From positions 558,001-622,000 of the forward strand of contig MU057711.1 of NCBI GenBank assembly GCA_013265495.1: DNA of 64,000 bases, read 5' to 3'. How positions within the stretch are numbered: position 1 is the stretch's first letter; each line of letters begins with the position of its first letter. The notes under the pieces are model-generated. The model was not told the DNA's origin, did not search any database, and worked only from the letters and a program-made list of their open reading frames with translations. This DNA is from Vicugna vicugna. Its lineage: Eukaryota. Below, one piece after another: positions 24,651 through 37,600 of the stretch. The translations under genes and the position numbers were made by a program.

Positions 24651-25859
24651 CTCTAAGCTAATGTCTCCACGAGCAGTATTTCATTTGCCGCAGCATTTCC
24701 AGGGCTTGCACAGAGTGAGGCACATAGTAGGGGCTCAATAAATGCCTGTCGGATACAGGCACACTTCCCACTAGAGGTCTGTTCCCCAAAAAGATCACGA
24801 GCTTCTGGAGGGTGAGGCGGGGGCCCTTCTGTCTGCCTTGCAGGTAGTGAGGGTGTGCAAATCTTATATAGACTGAGTGTTTCCTACAGCAAAGGTGATT
24901 AAGGAGGCTCAAACCTGACTTGAGCTCCAAGGGCAAAACCCAGTGGAGCCTGCCGTGTGAAACAGGAAGCAAAGTCAGAAGATCTGATGGAGAACATGTG
25001 GTGTTACCTCTCCACTAAGAATCACTCCCTGAAGGGTTCCAGAGAGTGCAGGACGCTTACAGGAGGAGAGCAGGACCTGATGACCTGCTCTGCTCAACCA
25101 CAGGGAGGTTGTTAAATGCCAATTTTCTTGACAGGAAGAAGCTAGTGTGTGCTGGCTCTGCACATTTTCACCTGGCCGAAGTGGGAAATGTGTAACCTTT
25201 TCTGCCGCAGGAGGTTGTAAAAGGAAGAGATATCTGCCTCTCCCCAGAGCCACTGCTTGAGCCACACGCTGTTGGGAGCACTTTAGAATTGTTATTTCAT
25301 AAATCCCTTCACAGTGCCTCTGTGAGGCAGGTAGTGTTACCAGCTCTGCTTTACTGATGAGGAAAAGCTGCAAGAGGTGAAGTCACTTAGCCAAAGCCTC
25401 AGAGAGCCAGTGGCAGATCCAGCCCTGGAGTGTAGCTTTCTTGACTCTTTTTCTGGTGTACTGTCAACTGTATCCCACTGCCTCCACCCCTAAATTGAAA
25501 GAGAAGGAAAGAGGGAAAAAGAGTTGGGGAAGGAGACAGAGTCTGTAATTCATTGGTTAGTTCCTGTAGCTCTTTGATACTAGAATTCGAAACAGTATAG
25601 GTGGCCTCTCCTTCAGAGCACAGCTACGGGACAGGAGCCCAGCTCTAGAATTCTAGAATCAACACCCATAGCTACTCCTTTCTCTATCCAACCACTGGCG
25701 TTCTGAGTCCTTGAGGGCAATATTGCCCACTTCCCTGTGCCCCTCCTCCCTCTGTGAGATGGAGAGCTGAGATGCTGTGAATTTTCACACTTCCTGGTAC
25801 ACACACATAAACCACCAGCCACAGGCTGTTTGACCTTGAACGTGTAGAACACCTGCACA

Positions 25860-26212
25860 GTCAGTTATTGCTGCATCACAGAATTCCTCTAAACGGACAC
25901 TCACTGAGACGTGTGCAGATCTCTGGGGCCCTTCTGCTTCACAGATCTCAGGTCAGGGCCCAGACCAAAGGGCCATTGACCACCCAGGGCAAGTTCTTCT
26001 CATGTCAACAGCAGAAGACAAGTGGGTAATACCAATCATGCAAACAGACTTCAAGCCTCTGCTAAGTCATCCCATCTGCTAATGTCTCATGGGCCAAGGC
26101 AAGTCACGTGGCCCAGCTCAAAGCCGAGAGACAGGGCTATTCACTCCTCCCATGGAGCTCTGTTGAGGTGGGTGGGTGAAAATATTTTTTAAGAATAATC
26201 TAAACTACTGTG
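25860..26212 (-). mobile_element. Old MLT1-like LTR
   Basis: gttattgctgcatcaca...aagttcttctcatg...catctgctaatgtctcatgggccaaggcaagtcacgtggcc. Confidence 0.55.
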
Positions 26213-27809
26213 TCCCTTCATCAATCTGGGCTTCAACAAATATTGATTTCAATGACTATTTGGTCAAGGAATAGAAATGCATTGTGCTTCAAGGATAATG
26301 CTGGATATATTCTTGATTTGTGAAATAATGTAACAGATTTCCGTTACATGCTGGCTCATCATTTCTTTGATGTGAATATCCCACAGGTCAAATCCCATCT
26401 CTGAAACTGAACAGCTATATCTGATTTGATGTAATCGGCCAATATATAAATCCCACTTTCCATTACCAAGGTGATAACATTTCCACTGAAATAACAGAGA
26501 AACTTACCCAGAGCACTGGGAGTGAGCACTGCCCTCCAACTGTAGTTTTCTGCCTGCATGAATTACTAAAGACAAAGGCTACTTTATAAATCTACTCACT
26601 TTTCCACCGCCTTCCCAGATTTTATAGCTTGCTACTTTTCTAAGAGCATTGCATGCAGGTTTGGTGTTTTTTTAATGGCAGATGGGTCGTGTGTGTTTAT
26701 TAGCCAAGTCGTCATAAATATGTAGGCACCAGTTGTGCGAGGGAGTAAAGACAGACTGAGTGGAAAGAGACAGTCCCTACCCTCAAGAAGCTTAGAGTCT
26801 GCTTGTAAAGATGACATGCTCTCTGTATTGACACAGGCCAGCCATGCCAGTACTGCAGTATACATGTGGGTCAGGTCAAACCATCACTGACAATATGACC
26901 TTAAATTCCACAGCTGAGCCCACGGGATGACAGACTTTTGAACACATTTCTCAAACCTGACTTTTGTAGCTTGGATCTCTGAAGCAAATTTGAAATTTTG
27001 AAAAAAAGATTTCCTTTTTCTGTAATGATGGTTTTAAATCTCTGATCAGCAATGCTTAGGGTTCTCTGGCATCCCTTTTGTCTGAATTTCTCATCTTGTA
27101 AAGGGTATTTTTTAAATCAATTTATGGGAGAACACTAACTTTATTTGATAAAGGAAAAATAAAAGCACGAGATAGTAGGCATTCAACTTGCTTTCAGTTG
27201 ATGTTTCATCATTACGAATTTCCATTGCATCTGACACTCTTGCATTAACAAATACTTGGATACATCATTTTGGAGTTAAGACAATAATTTGCTGGCAAAT
27301 TTGACCAAAAAAAAATTCAGCAATACCAGAGATCTACCATGCAGATATAATTTGCTACTGCTGTGATCACTTTCAGTAAAATGATCCCATTATTCTCTGC
27401 ATAGCTGATTCTTAGATTCCCTCCCTCGACCAGCTGGAAGAGGGGAAATAGTGTCACATTATTAGCAAATGGATAAAGTTTATTTTGTGCAACCCAAAGT
27501 CTGATTTTCACAGTGACATCGAGTCCCAAGCCTTGTGATCACTTATTTGCTCAGCAAATACATATTAAACCCCAGCGCTCTGCAGGACCCTGTGCTGGGT
27601 GTGAAGAGGAGGAGGAGGAGAAACACACTCTGAGTGTGGGTTTCAGGAGTCCTCCCTGTGAGACATCTAGGAGATCCAAGCACTCTTTCCTTTGAAGACC
27701 CCAACCAAGACATGGCAGTCATATTAAAATGCACTCAGTTCCCATATTAAATATAATATTTTGCTGTCAAAATTTGTTTTTAAATATCATTTTGATTCTT
27801 CAGCTTTCA

Positions 27810-28215
27810 TATCTTGAACCTTGTTATTTCTTTCTGACATGAACCCCCACTGCGGGTCTCAAATATTGTCACAGACACATGAAAATCCTTCAGGGCCTGA
27901 TGGATAAAATACTCCTGGGGTCAGGAATGATGTCATAAATCTTGAAAGAAGAGGGTATTTCTACCAGCAGAGAGGGGGCTGAAGGGCTTTCCCTTCAGGG
28001 AAACAGTGAAAGTATCTTGAACCTTGTTATTTCTTTCTGACATGAACCCCCACTGTGGGTCTCAAATATTGTCACAGACACATGAAAATCCTTTAGGGCC
28101 TGATGGATAAAATACTCCTGGGGTCAGGAATGATGTCATAAATCTTGAAAGAAGAGGGTATTTCTACCAGCAGAGAGGGGGCTGAAGGGCTTTCCCTTCA
28201 GGGAAACAGTGAAAG
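27810..28215. repeat. Tandem duplication, period 203 bp
   Basis: 27810-28012 repeated at 28013-28215 with 2 substitutions (tgCggg/tgTggg, cttCagg/cttTagg). Confidence 0.95.
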
Positions 28216-29707
28216 AATGTTCAGGAATATTCTGGAAAGCATTTAGCCCTCGCTAGAGACAAGTTAGATGGTGGTCTGGAAAGGTAGGTGGGAAAAAAAT
28301 TTTGGAGATGGGATGTGAATTTTAAACTCTACTTTCTAGGCTGTGAAGAACCACAGATGGTTTATGAGAGAGGCATGACCTGTCCAGAGGACTTACCAAC
28401 CTGGGAAAGCTCCAAGGAGGTGAATCTAAAAGCTGACTTTGAAGACTGAACCTCAGAGCAGAGCTTGGTGTAGAAGCTGCATGCTCTCCACACTGACTCC
28501 TCTCCCAGTTTTCCTTAATTCCTCTTTGTCACGTTGCTTTTCACAGATCCTCACTTCTCTCTGCTACCATGTCCCCTAAAACATGTTCTAGCTCTCCTTT
28601 CTGGTTTCTAGCAACTCTGAGGCTGGCCCTGCTCTGGCTGGCCTTCTCAGTCAGCATCTCGTTCATTATTAAATTTGCCTCTCCCGAAACATATTTGCAA
28701 ATAATTCATACTGCAGCTTCTCTTTCTATCATAGAAAGAACTTATTTTATAGAATGTTAATGCTGAAGGGGATGTTAGAAGCCAACCACTCTTCATTCTC
28801 TCAAATTTATAGTAAAGGAAACTGGATTAGGCAGGAAAAGGTGACTTGGCCACCAACTTGGTCAATATTAAGGTCACCTGAATGAAAGCTGGAGTTGGGA
28901 CAAGAATCTGTGGTCACTTGGCTCAAATAAATCTACTTCTCTGCACTTGGCCACCCCTGAGGATGTAACCTGGGGATCACACTGACAAAGTATGAGCTTT
29001 CAGATATTAAGAAGAGACTCAGTGCTCCCTGAATTGAGACTGTGTCCCTTGAGACAATCTAGAAATAGATTTTGGTCATGGGTTCCCGGGGTTTGTGACC
29101 AGATCAAGTTGTCTTGGAGCCAATTATTAGACTGACCTTGGAGTGCACTCTCCACGGAGTCTTCAAGTCAGTGTCTGATTTACTTTCTTTTTGCAATCTT
29201 TTCAAATAAGAGAGAATGACATAAATGTTGGAACTGATCAGCCATTCTTTTTCTGATCTTCCGTAGTTTTAAGGCAGCTATCTACCCTTGGAAGAATAGT
29301 GATGCCAAGCAGAGCCATTAGCTTCCCTCGTCTTCTAACCTGCCTTCTCCCATCATTTTAACAGAGAGGGCTCCCCAGGCGTTATGAACTCTGCATGAAA
29401 TCTTCATTTGTCTTTAAAGGAGATTTAATGCTGGAACTTTCCATGACAGTCTGTCAATGTCAGTGTAACTCACCATGATATGTTGTGTTGTGGAGGCACT
29501 GGAGGTGAGCATAACAGCCATAAAATCACCCTAAATGGACCCGCCTCACTCACTCTTCTGGCATTGTCTTCAGATAGCTGCCACACGCCTTCCTGAAAGT
29601 CTCCAAGAAAAGACAGCCCCATGCCCTGACCCTGTAGCCTCAACCTGATGTTTTATCATTAGACTTTCACAAAGCTGATTCCCCAATCAAAACTGCAGCC
29701 CTTTCAT

Positions 29708-29887
29708 GGGGGACGGGATAGCTCAGTGGTAAAGTGGTGCTTAGCATGTGCGAGGTCCTTGGTTCAAGCCCCAGTACCTCCAATAAACAAATAAATCTAA
29801 TAGTGGGGAAGGTATAGCTCAAGTGGTAGAGTGCATGTTTAGCATGCATGAGGTCCTGGGTTCAAACCCCAGTACCTCCTCCAAAAA

Positions 29888-29926
<39 letters not shown>

Positions 29927-30080
29927 ATATCAAAACAAATTACCCCCCAATTGCCCTCCCCTCCAAAAAAAAAAAAAGAAGAAGAAGAAGAAGAATAAGA
30001 AAGAAACAAAAAAAGGAATGAATAAAAAAATTTTAAATAAATAAATAAACCTAATTTCCTCCCTCTCCCCCCACCAAAAA
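29708..30080 (+). mobile_element. tRNA-derived SINE (vic-1-like), split by a second copy
   Basis: tRNA head 29708-29781; its 3' part (cctaatttcctccc...aaaaa) resumes at ~30050. Confidence 0.8.
29803..30035 (+). mobile_element. tRNA-derived SINE (vic-1-like), nested copy
   Basis: ggggaaggtatagctcaagtggtagag...ggttcaaaccccagtacctcc, long (TAAA)n, C-run, A/(GAA)n tail. Confidence 0.85.
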
Positions 30081-31114
30081 TGTTTAATCAATTCCTTTCT
30101 TGATGCCTAAAACATGAAAATTACTGCTCAACTTTGTTCTTCTCCTTCATATGCTTCCAGATGAGTTTCTGCTGAGACCGGCGCCAAGGGCTGTCAAAGG
30201 TAAAGGCAGCTCGCAGGAAAGGTTTCTCGGACCCATGGCCCTGGATTCTGACTCTGGGCTGCATTTCAGATAGGCCCTCTTGGAGAAGTTGATAGATCCC
30301 TTCTCTGCTGTCTGTTCATTCCTTCAGGATGCCAGTGAATCGACTGCCTGCAAAACGAGAGTGCTTTCCTTGTTTGAATCTGCGCTTACAGTTCCTAATC
30401 AAATAATAACTTTCATAGCACTCTGCTGCTCTAAGCCTGAACGGCACTTCCATTACCTCCTCTACTGAAGTCAAAATTACAGGCCTGTCATTTCCTGGAT
30501 TTTCTCATAAATGCAAGCATTAAATTATACTTACACTCACCCATTAGTAACTTCTCTCTGTGGTGGGTGTTTAAATGTCTTCTAATGACTGTACTATCTC
30601 TTCAACCTGCCACCCCTCTTGGAATATTAATGAATTCCACCTTGTTCTAGAGTTCCTGTCTAGTGTGTCTTCTCATTTCTTGATGCAACATGAATTTGAT
30701 TTTATAAAGTTGTTTTTTCCTTCTCTTTGTGAAAAGGAAAGAGAAGCATTTTTCTTGTGTTGTTATTATTCTCCAAAAAGTGAGAACCTGATAAAAGAAG
30801 AGTCACCTTTCTGCTTTCAAATTTTTCTTAGAGAAGATGTAGAGACAGCTTGGGTCTGACTGCAGACAGATTGGGTCCCTCCCTCTGGGATTTTCAACCA
30901 TTTTTTGCCACTTAATCACATCTTGATGACAACACATGTTCTGGATGCTTTATATCTATTGATCATTTTAATCCTTCCCACAACCCTGTGCTCCTATTTT
31001 ACAGATGGGGAAACTGAGGCAAGGAGCTTTATAAACTTTCTCAAGATCACACAGCTAACAAGTGTCAGATGCAGACTGAACCCAAGTAGTCTAGCCCCAG
31101 AGGTCACATATATG

Positions 31115-31530
31115 CCAGGTTTCTTGCAAGTTACAAGTGACAGAAGCTCAACTCAAAGTAGCTAGGCAAAAGAGGTTTTGTTTCTTCATAAAACCAATCT
31201 TTGAACAGGAATGGAGCTGCTCTCTGAGACAGCTGGGACTGGCAATTTGACTGCCCTCAGGACTCCATTCCTTCAGGCTGGCTTCTTCCCCAAGGCTGGA
31301 GTCAGGGCCACCAATTATTTCTTAGCTGACATCCTTCTAGATTCACGATGAAAAGAAGTTTCTTGTCCTTAAGCTCCAATTGTAATAAGTAGATAAATAA
31401 ATAAAGAGAGAAGAAACAGGAAAGGATACTGATTGGCCAACTTGGGTCACATGCCCATGCCCTGGACCAATCACTGTGGCCAGTAGGGTGGGTCATTCAT
31501 CCACCAGGATCATTCAGGCTGGGTTAGGTG
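31115..31530 (-). mobile_element. Old MLT1(J/K)-like LTR
   Basis: gttacaagtgacagaagctcaactcaaa...tgattggccaacttgggtcacatgccca...ggaccaatcactgtggcca. Confidence 0.62.
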
Positions 31531-33974
31531 CCCTCCTTGGAGAAGTTATTGTGTAAGGGAAGATAAAGCACCTTCTGGTAAATCACATTGTAGAGTCACA
31601 GAATAGGAGGGAAAAACAAAACAATTCCCTAAAAGATGGAGAAAGCACAGCTTGGCTACTGGAATAATTACTGCAAGCTGAACAGCTTCAGGAACAGGCA
31701 TCTTAACCTTTATGTTTCTCTGAGTTTTGCTGTTGTTCCTGAATTGGATGGAACTGATCAGCCGGTCTGGCAACAGCAGACTTGCAGGTCAACAGTCATC
31801 TGGCACTAGGACCAGGCTCTCAGGTGGGATGAGGACAGTGCACTTCACCAAAGCTGCCATCAAGCCTGCTTTGCTCATTTATGTGGCCTGCCTGGCCCCC
31901 TGCAGGCACTGGAATTTGAGACAGGTGACTTAGTGTATCACCAAATAGCACACTCAATCACAGCGCTAACCGACTAGAGCATCCATTTCCTCCAACATCT
32001 TTGGCCAACAGCCCACGCAGAAGGTTAACGCTTTGAAGAAGAAAGAGGCAAGGCAAAGGATCTGGCAGTTTAAAACAAGAGTTTTCTTGACAGAATGGCT
32101 TATGGCATTTGACGGAATTTTTCAAGGCACAGAAAAACAAGTTTGACAGCATGTGCTTTAAGCAGAGATGTGTATATGGCACTTCCAAAGTCAATCACTG
32201 CCAGCCTGTGTGTGGGGTGGGAGGCGGGAGGGAGGGGGACTTCATTTCTCTCTCCTTTCTTTCCTTCACTCAGAGCCTCAGTGTGCCCTCTTTAGATGGT
32301 TGTGTGAAATAGGCAAACCCACTTCCCTCTTGTTTCCACTAATTTCCAAGAATGCTCTGGCTTAGCATTCCCTTTTTGATGATGCTTAGCAGCTCCTAGA
32401 AATCTACAGAGCTTAGGGAATCGTACAGCACCACGCTTTTCAAACTATGGTACTGGAGATTCTTTGCTGCATAAACCAAGAGATACTTTCTGGCAAGATG
32501 CCTGCTGAAAGCCTTCTAGAGTTGAGAGAAAAGATTTTGTTTTCCCTGATGGGCTGGGGCAGAAATGGCTAATAGTGGAAACATAGTATGAAAGTTTTAT
32601 ACCTTATACTCAGTTTTCATTTTCCCCTAAAAATATGGGGAGGAGAGGGCAGTAGCCCTGAGCTAGAGAGTGGAACGTGAGGGAGTAGGAGGTGATCATT
32701 AAGGAAAAGGCATCACATCACACTGGCCAGGCAAAAATGGCTCTTCCTAGTCCCCTCTCACTGAGTGTCCATGAGAAGATGCAACTCTTGCTTCCTTTGG
32801 GATTACTGGTTCCATTATCATATATGGAGTAGACAGCAAACTCAGCTGCCAGTGCCTGTCTCCTTCTGTTGTCCCTTTTGGAATAAAACCCATATTTGTG
32901 CAGTGAATTTGGTTTTCCTGATGGCTTTGCAGCACCTCTGGGCACTACTGTCCTCCCTGCAACTTGTGTAATCACTCCGCTACGTTCCTAAATGATTTTG
33001 GTGTTCCTTTGTACATTTTCCTCTCATTTCACTGAAAGAGAAGAAACAGTTTATTTCTCCCTAGTTGCATACCAGTAAGTCTCAGCCTCAGCTGCTATTA
33101 GACCTAGATTGTCTTGTCCAGCCTCTCATTTTGCTGATTTTTTTAAGTCAAGAAATACTGCCTTTATCAAATTCAGCTCTTGACCAAAAGTAAATGAGAA
33201 TGTGTTTTAACTTCATTTTTTAATTCATAATTTATAACTTTTGCTCAAGGCTATCCTTAATCTAACAAGCAATTATCTCTCACACCGAATTAGTCAGCCA
33301 TCCATCCACTCATCCTTCTACTCATCTAGCCAGCCCGCCACTTAAAGAGCATTTTGTTGAGTGAATACTGTGTGCCACTCATGATCAGGCTCATTGTTCT
33401 TCCTAGCTGCAAATAATATTTATTCAGATAAAAGCACCAGATCAACAAACCATCTTTTTACATTTTAATTCCTCCTAGTGACCTTATGGAATCAGCTGCA
33501 TCAAAAAGCATAGGTACTTTGCATATATCAGTTTTTCAAACAACCAAAGAAGCAATCTGACTAAGTAATCATTAAGTGTATAACTGGTCTTTCTGGAGAG
33601 TATTATTCCCAAATCTTTAAAAGTAATTTTTCTTTGTGGAAGTAAAGTATGACCCTATTTCTTAAAAGGAAAAACAAAGGGAAAGAAAGGAGGGAGAGGA
33701 AGAGAGGAGAGAACATCACAGATGTCCCTTTGCTCCCCACGCTCAACCTTGGTCCCCTCCCTTCTCCCTGAAGGCCACCATTGTTATGAGATGAGATTTG
33801 CAGACCTTTTTAGATGCATTTCTGTAACTATACAGTAGGATACAATTTATATTAAAATGCACACAAAATAATGCCACATACTTCTCATATGAATAAGAGA
33901 AATAAATATATATATGTATACATAATATTCTCATAAATGTACACATATGTATAAATAAAAATAAATGCATTCCT

Positions 33975-34647
33975 GTAGTTTTGTGCAGCCATTATGGAAA
34001 ACAGTATGGAGATTCCATAAAAAACTTAAAATAGACTTACTCTATGATCCAGGAATCCCACTCCTGGGCATATATCTGGAGGAAACCCTAGTTCAAAAAG
34101 ATACTTGCACCCCAATGTTCATAGCAGCACTATTTACAATAGTCAAGTCATGCAAGCAGCCTAAATGTCCATCTGCAGATGACTGGATAAGAAGATGTGG
34201 TGTATATATACAATGGAATACTACTCAGCCATAAAAAAGAATGAAATAATGCCATCTGTAGCTACATGGATGAACCTGAAGATTGTCATACTAAGTGAAG
34301 TAAGCCAGAAAGAGAAAGAAAAATACCATATAATATAACTCATATGTGGAATCTTTAAAAAATGACACAAATGAACTTATTTATACAACAGAAACAGACT
34401 CACAAATACAGAAAACAAACTTACCAGGGAGGGAAAGGGTGTGGAGGGACAAATTGGGAGTTTGGGATTCGCAGATACTAATTACTATGCATAAAATAGA
34501 TTAACAACAAGGTTCTACTGCATAGCACAAGAAACTATATTCAATACCTTGTAATAACATATAATGACAAAGACCATGCTGTACACTAGAAACTAACACA
34601 ACATTGTAAATCAACTATACTTCAACTTAAAAAAATAAAGAAAAAAG
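33975..34647 (+). mobile_element. Young 5'-truncated L1 (ORF2 end plus 3' UTR)
   Basis: [34 protein letters not shown]...CTPMFIAALFTI; A tail; TSD-like atgcattcct (33965-33974) / acgcattcct (34650-34659). Confidence 0.92.
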
Positions 34648-37600
34648 ACACGCATTCCTTGATTTCTTTATGGCAAGCAATTTCAAAGATTTCCCATAGT
34701 TTCAGTAGAAATGGACTTGAGTCATTTATTCTTTGTTTTTTGGCATAAATTTAGAAAGCTCTGGTTAAACATTGGTGCTTTGGGTGGCAGCAATGTCTGG
34801 GTTTGGGTCAGAATGCAGTAATAAATTTGGAGAAATGTAATTTGCCCAAATCAATTAAATTTTAAAACCACCCACTTTTATAGAGGGCACTACTTTCTCC
34901 ATGTTGCTCAGGGCATTTTGGTCGCAGGGGCTGGGATTAGGAAGAGCAGCCTATTACCCTGCTGTTTTTCCAGGCTTGCCTCTCCCAACAACCCACTTGC
35001 TCTTAGCTCACACTCCCCGATTGAGAGTGAAAAAAACTGCCACCACGCCCTGCCCCCAAATAACCTGAAGAAGAGAGACTCTGAAAGTATGGGGCTGTCA
35101 CAATATCGAGCCCAAACTGGAGGTGGTGGACGCATAGAAACAGAGCCTTAAGTCCCAGGGTTAAGCTTGCTGTCACAGATTGGAGACTTTCAGCTTCTCC
35201 TACACATCACTGCTTTACTGTATATTAACTTTTTGCTTCGCTGTGGTAGGACTGAGCATAATAAATTCATTTGCCTTTAACACGAGAGCTCACCCTCTGC
35301 CCCAACCTTATCACCAGCTCTGCGCCCCAACATGAATAAAGAAATCACTGTGTCATACTTCAATGACAACATAGCCATATGTTAACATACAGAGAAATTT
35401 CCAAATTGGAAGGCTTTAAGCTTAAAATATATGTATCTGAGTTATAAACCAGTAGGATTTATTGACATACTCAGATAGTCAAGGTACACATGAATAATCA
35501 TGTACGTTATCCAAAGAGTCCACCTTAAATTATTCATCTCTAAGTGGACTCTCCAATTAACCCAGAGTCCTTTTCCTCAAGACACTGTTTTTGAGAGCAA
35601 TGATTATATTGGCCTGTTTTATTTTTAACAGTTTGTTTATTGTGAAGAATGTAAGCAATGACAAATCTACAGAGAAGAAAGTAAAAGAATTATCCCAAAT
35701 CTAACCCCCAGACAAAGATATCATCAAAGTAATGTGAATATGTTTAAAATTACAAGAATGTCATTCCAAATGCCTCCTTCTCTTCTGCATATATACAGAT
35801 TAATCAACTGCACTGCATTTCTGTGAAGTAAATGAACACATGCTATTTTTTTATTTTAATTTTACTTGAATTTAGTAGGAAAAAATGAATTAAAGAATTT
35901 ATGAATTTCAAGTAAAAATTACTATACCACTAGAGCTATTATTCCTAAAAGAACCTTCTTAGATTAAAATCATAGCAATAATTAAAACTTGAAAATGCTT
36001 AAGTCATTTGTAGCTATCTATATCAATTTTTAATAATATTTTGTTGTTGGGTGTTCTTTTCGAGGACTTAGGGTGTGATTTTCACATGGTTCTTTCCAAT
36101 GAAAATCTCAGTCTGCTACTATTACAGCTGAATGACATCTTGGACATCTTGTCAGAGTAGGATGAAGAGACTAAAAAAGTGTGTCACATCCAAAGCCTTG
36201 GACAGAGATGCAGACAACATTGCACTCCATCCCTTGGGTCTCAGTGGTTCCAACATATTCATGCTTAGAAGAAGGAAAAGGAGGGGGAAGAGGGAAATTT
36301 GCTGGGGTGACAGCGGGTTGAATTGATTCTGCTCAAGCTGGATGAGGGGAGATACCCTGGTCCTCTGTAGGTGCCAAGGGAAGACCACCATCAGAGGGTG
36401 ACCCCCCACCCTCATCCTGTTTTCCCCCACAGCTGCACATGGAATCCAAATGAAGAAGGCAGAAGCCCCCAGGGAAACACAGAGGACCAGATGTGAGCCT
36501 GCCAGGGAACAAAGGAGGAAATTCTGCCACCTGAAAGCCCAACCCTCCCTCAGAGGAATAACGCGGAGTGAAACTAACTACACCAGAGCAAAAGCAAGTG
36601 AAAGGGGAGGGAGGACAGGAGGGGATGAAAAGCTGCTGATCGGGCACAGCTGGCCCATTCAGAGCAAGCTCAATATCTCAATTACCGGGTGAGCTCTGCT
36701 CTTCAAAGATGTTCACACTCATTCCCTCACCCAGTGCTCACAGCAACCCTGCAAGGTTGACAGGAGTAGCCCCACTTGACAGCAAGGACACTGAGCTGGG
36801 AGATGGCAGAGCTGGGAGTGGTCCCTCCGTGCTAATCCAGGTTGGGGAGTTCCTCTATCTGGTATATAAAGTCAACAAGACAAAAAAGACAAAGAGGAAT
36901 AAACTGGCAGCGTTAGACCCCTCTCATCATAATTTTTTGGACAGTCTTTTGCAAGATGGAGGCTGGGAGGACATCCATCAGTTTTGGCTACCTGCCATCC
37001 ATCCCTTTTCCTTAAGGTCCACCACTTTCATAAAGGGCAACCACCTTCTGCCCCTCCTAACTGAAGACAGTCCTAGTGAAAAATAATTCCAGGTGATCAC
37101 TTTTCATCGCAAAAACTAAGGGAGCCAATCCCACCCTGGGATAGTGAGGGCACGCTCTCTCCCTAGACCTTGAATCTTGAGAAGTGTTGAAAAAAGTACA
37201 AATGGTTGGAGGTCATTCATTGTGGCCATGGTGGAGGCGATGGCATCCATGCTTCAGACAGAACGGCTCCTGCCATCTTGTATCTTTCCCATAAATCTCC
37301 TTCTGTACAAAGAGATCAAAGTTGCTTGCTATTGCAGGCAGCCCAGAACCCTGGCTGATGCAAAGGGTTGGCAGGGCTTAAAATCTTTCCAAAGCTCCAG
37401 CCTCCTCCTTGGTCACTGAGGACCTAGGTGGACAGCCAAGATACTGGGAAGGGAGCATAGAGGACTAGACCTTCCTTGGGCCAGGCAGCTACAAGTGAGG
37501 AGATCCTGAGCTTGGCGGACGGTCAGCAGCATCGTTGAGTCACAGTGAGAAGCTCCTGGAACCTCCAGGATGGTTGGATTCCTGGCAAAACAGAGGAGTT

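Noticed and set aside
29708..29880. Tandem tRNA genes (also the tRNA-like heads at 6928 and ~49565-49636)
   Set aside because: Diverged stems, followed by SINE body and A tails and in some cases flanked by TSDs; these are SINE heads.
33965..34234. 89-aa ORF as a gene
   Set aside because: Frameshifted C-terminal remnant of L1 ORF2.
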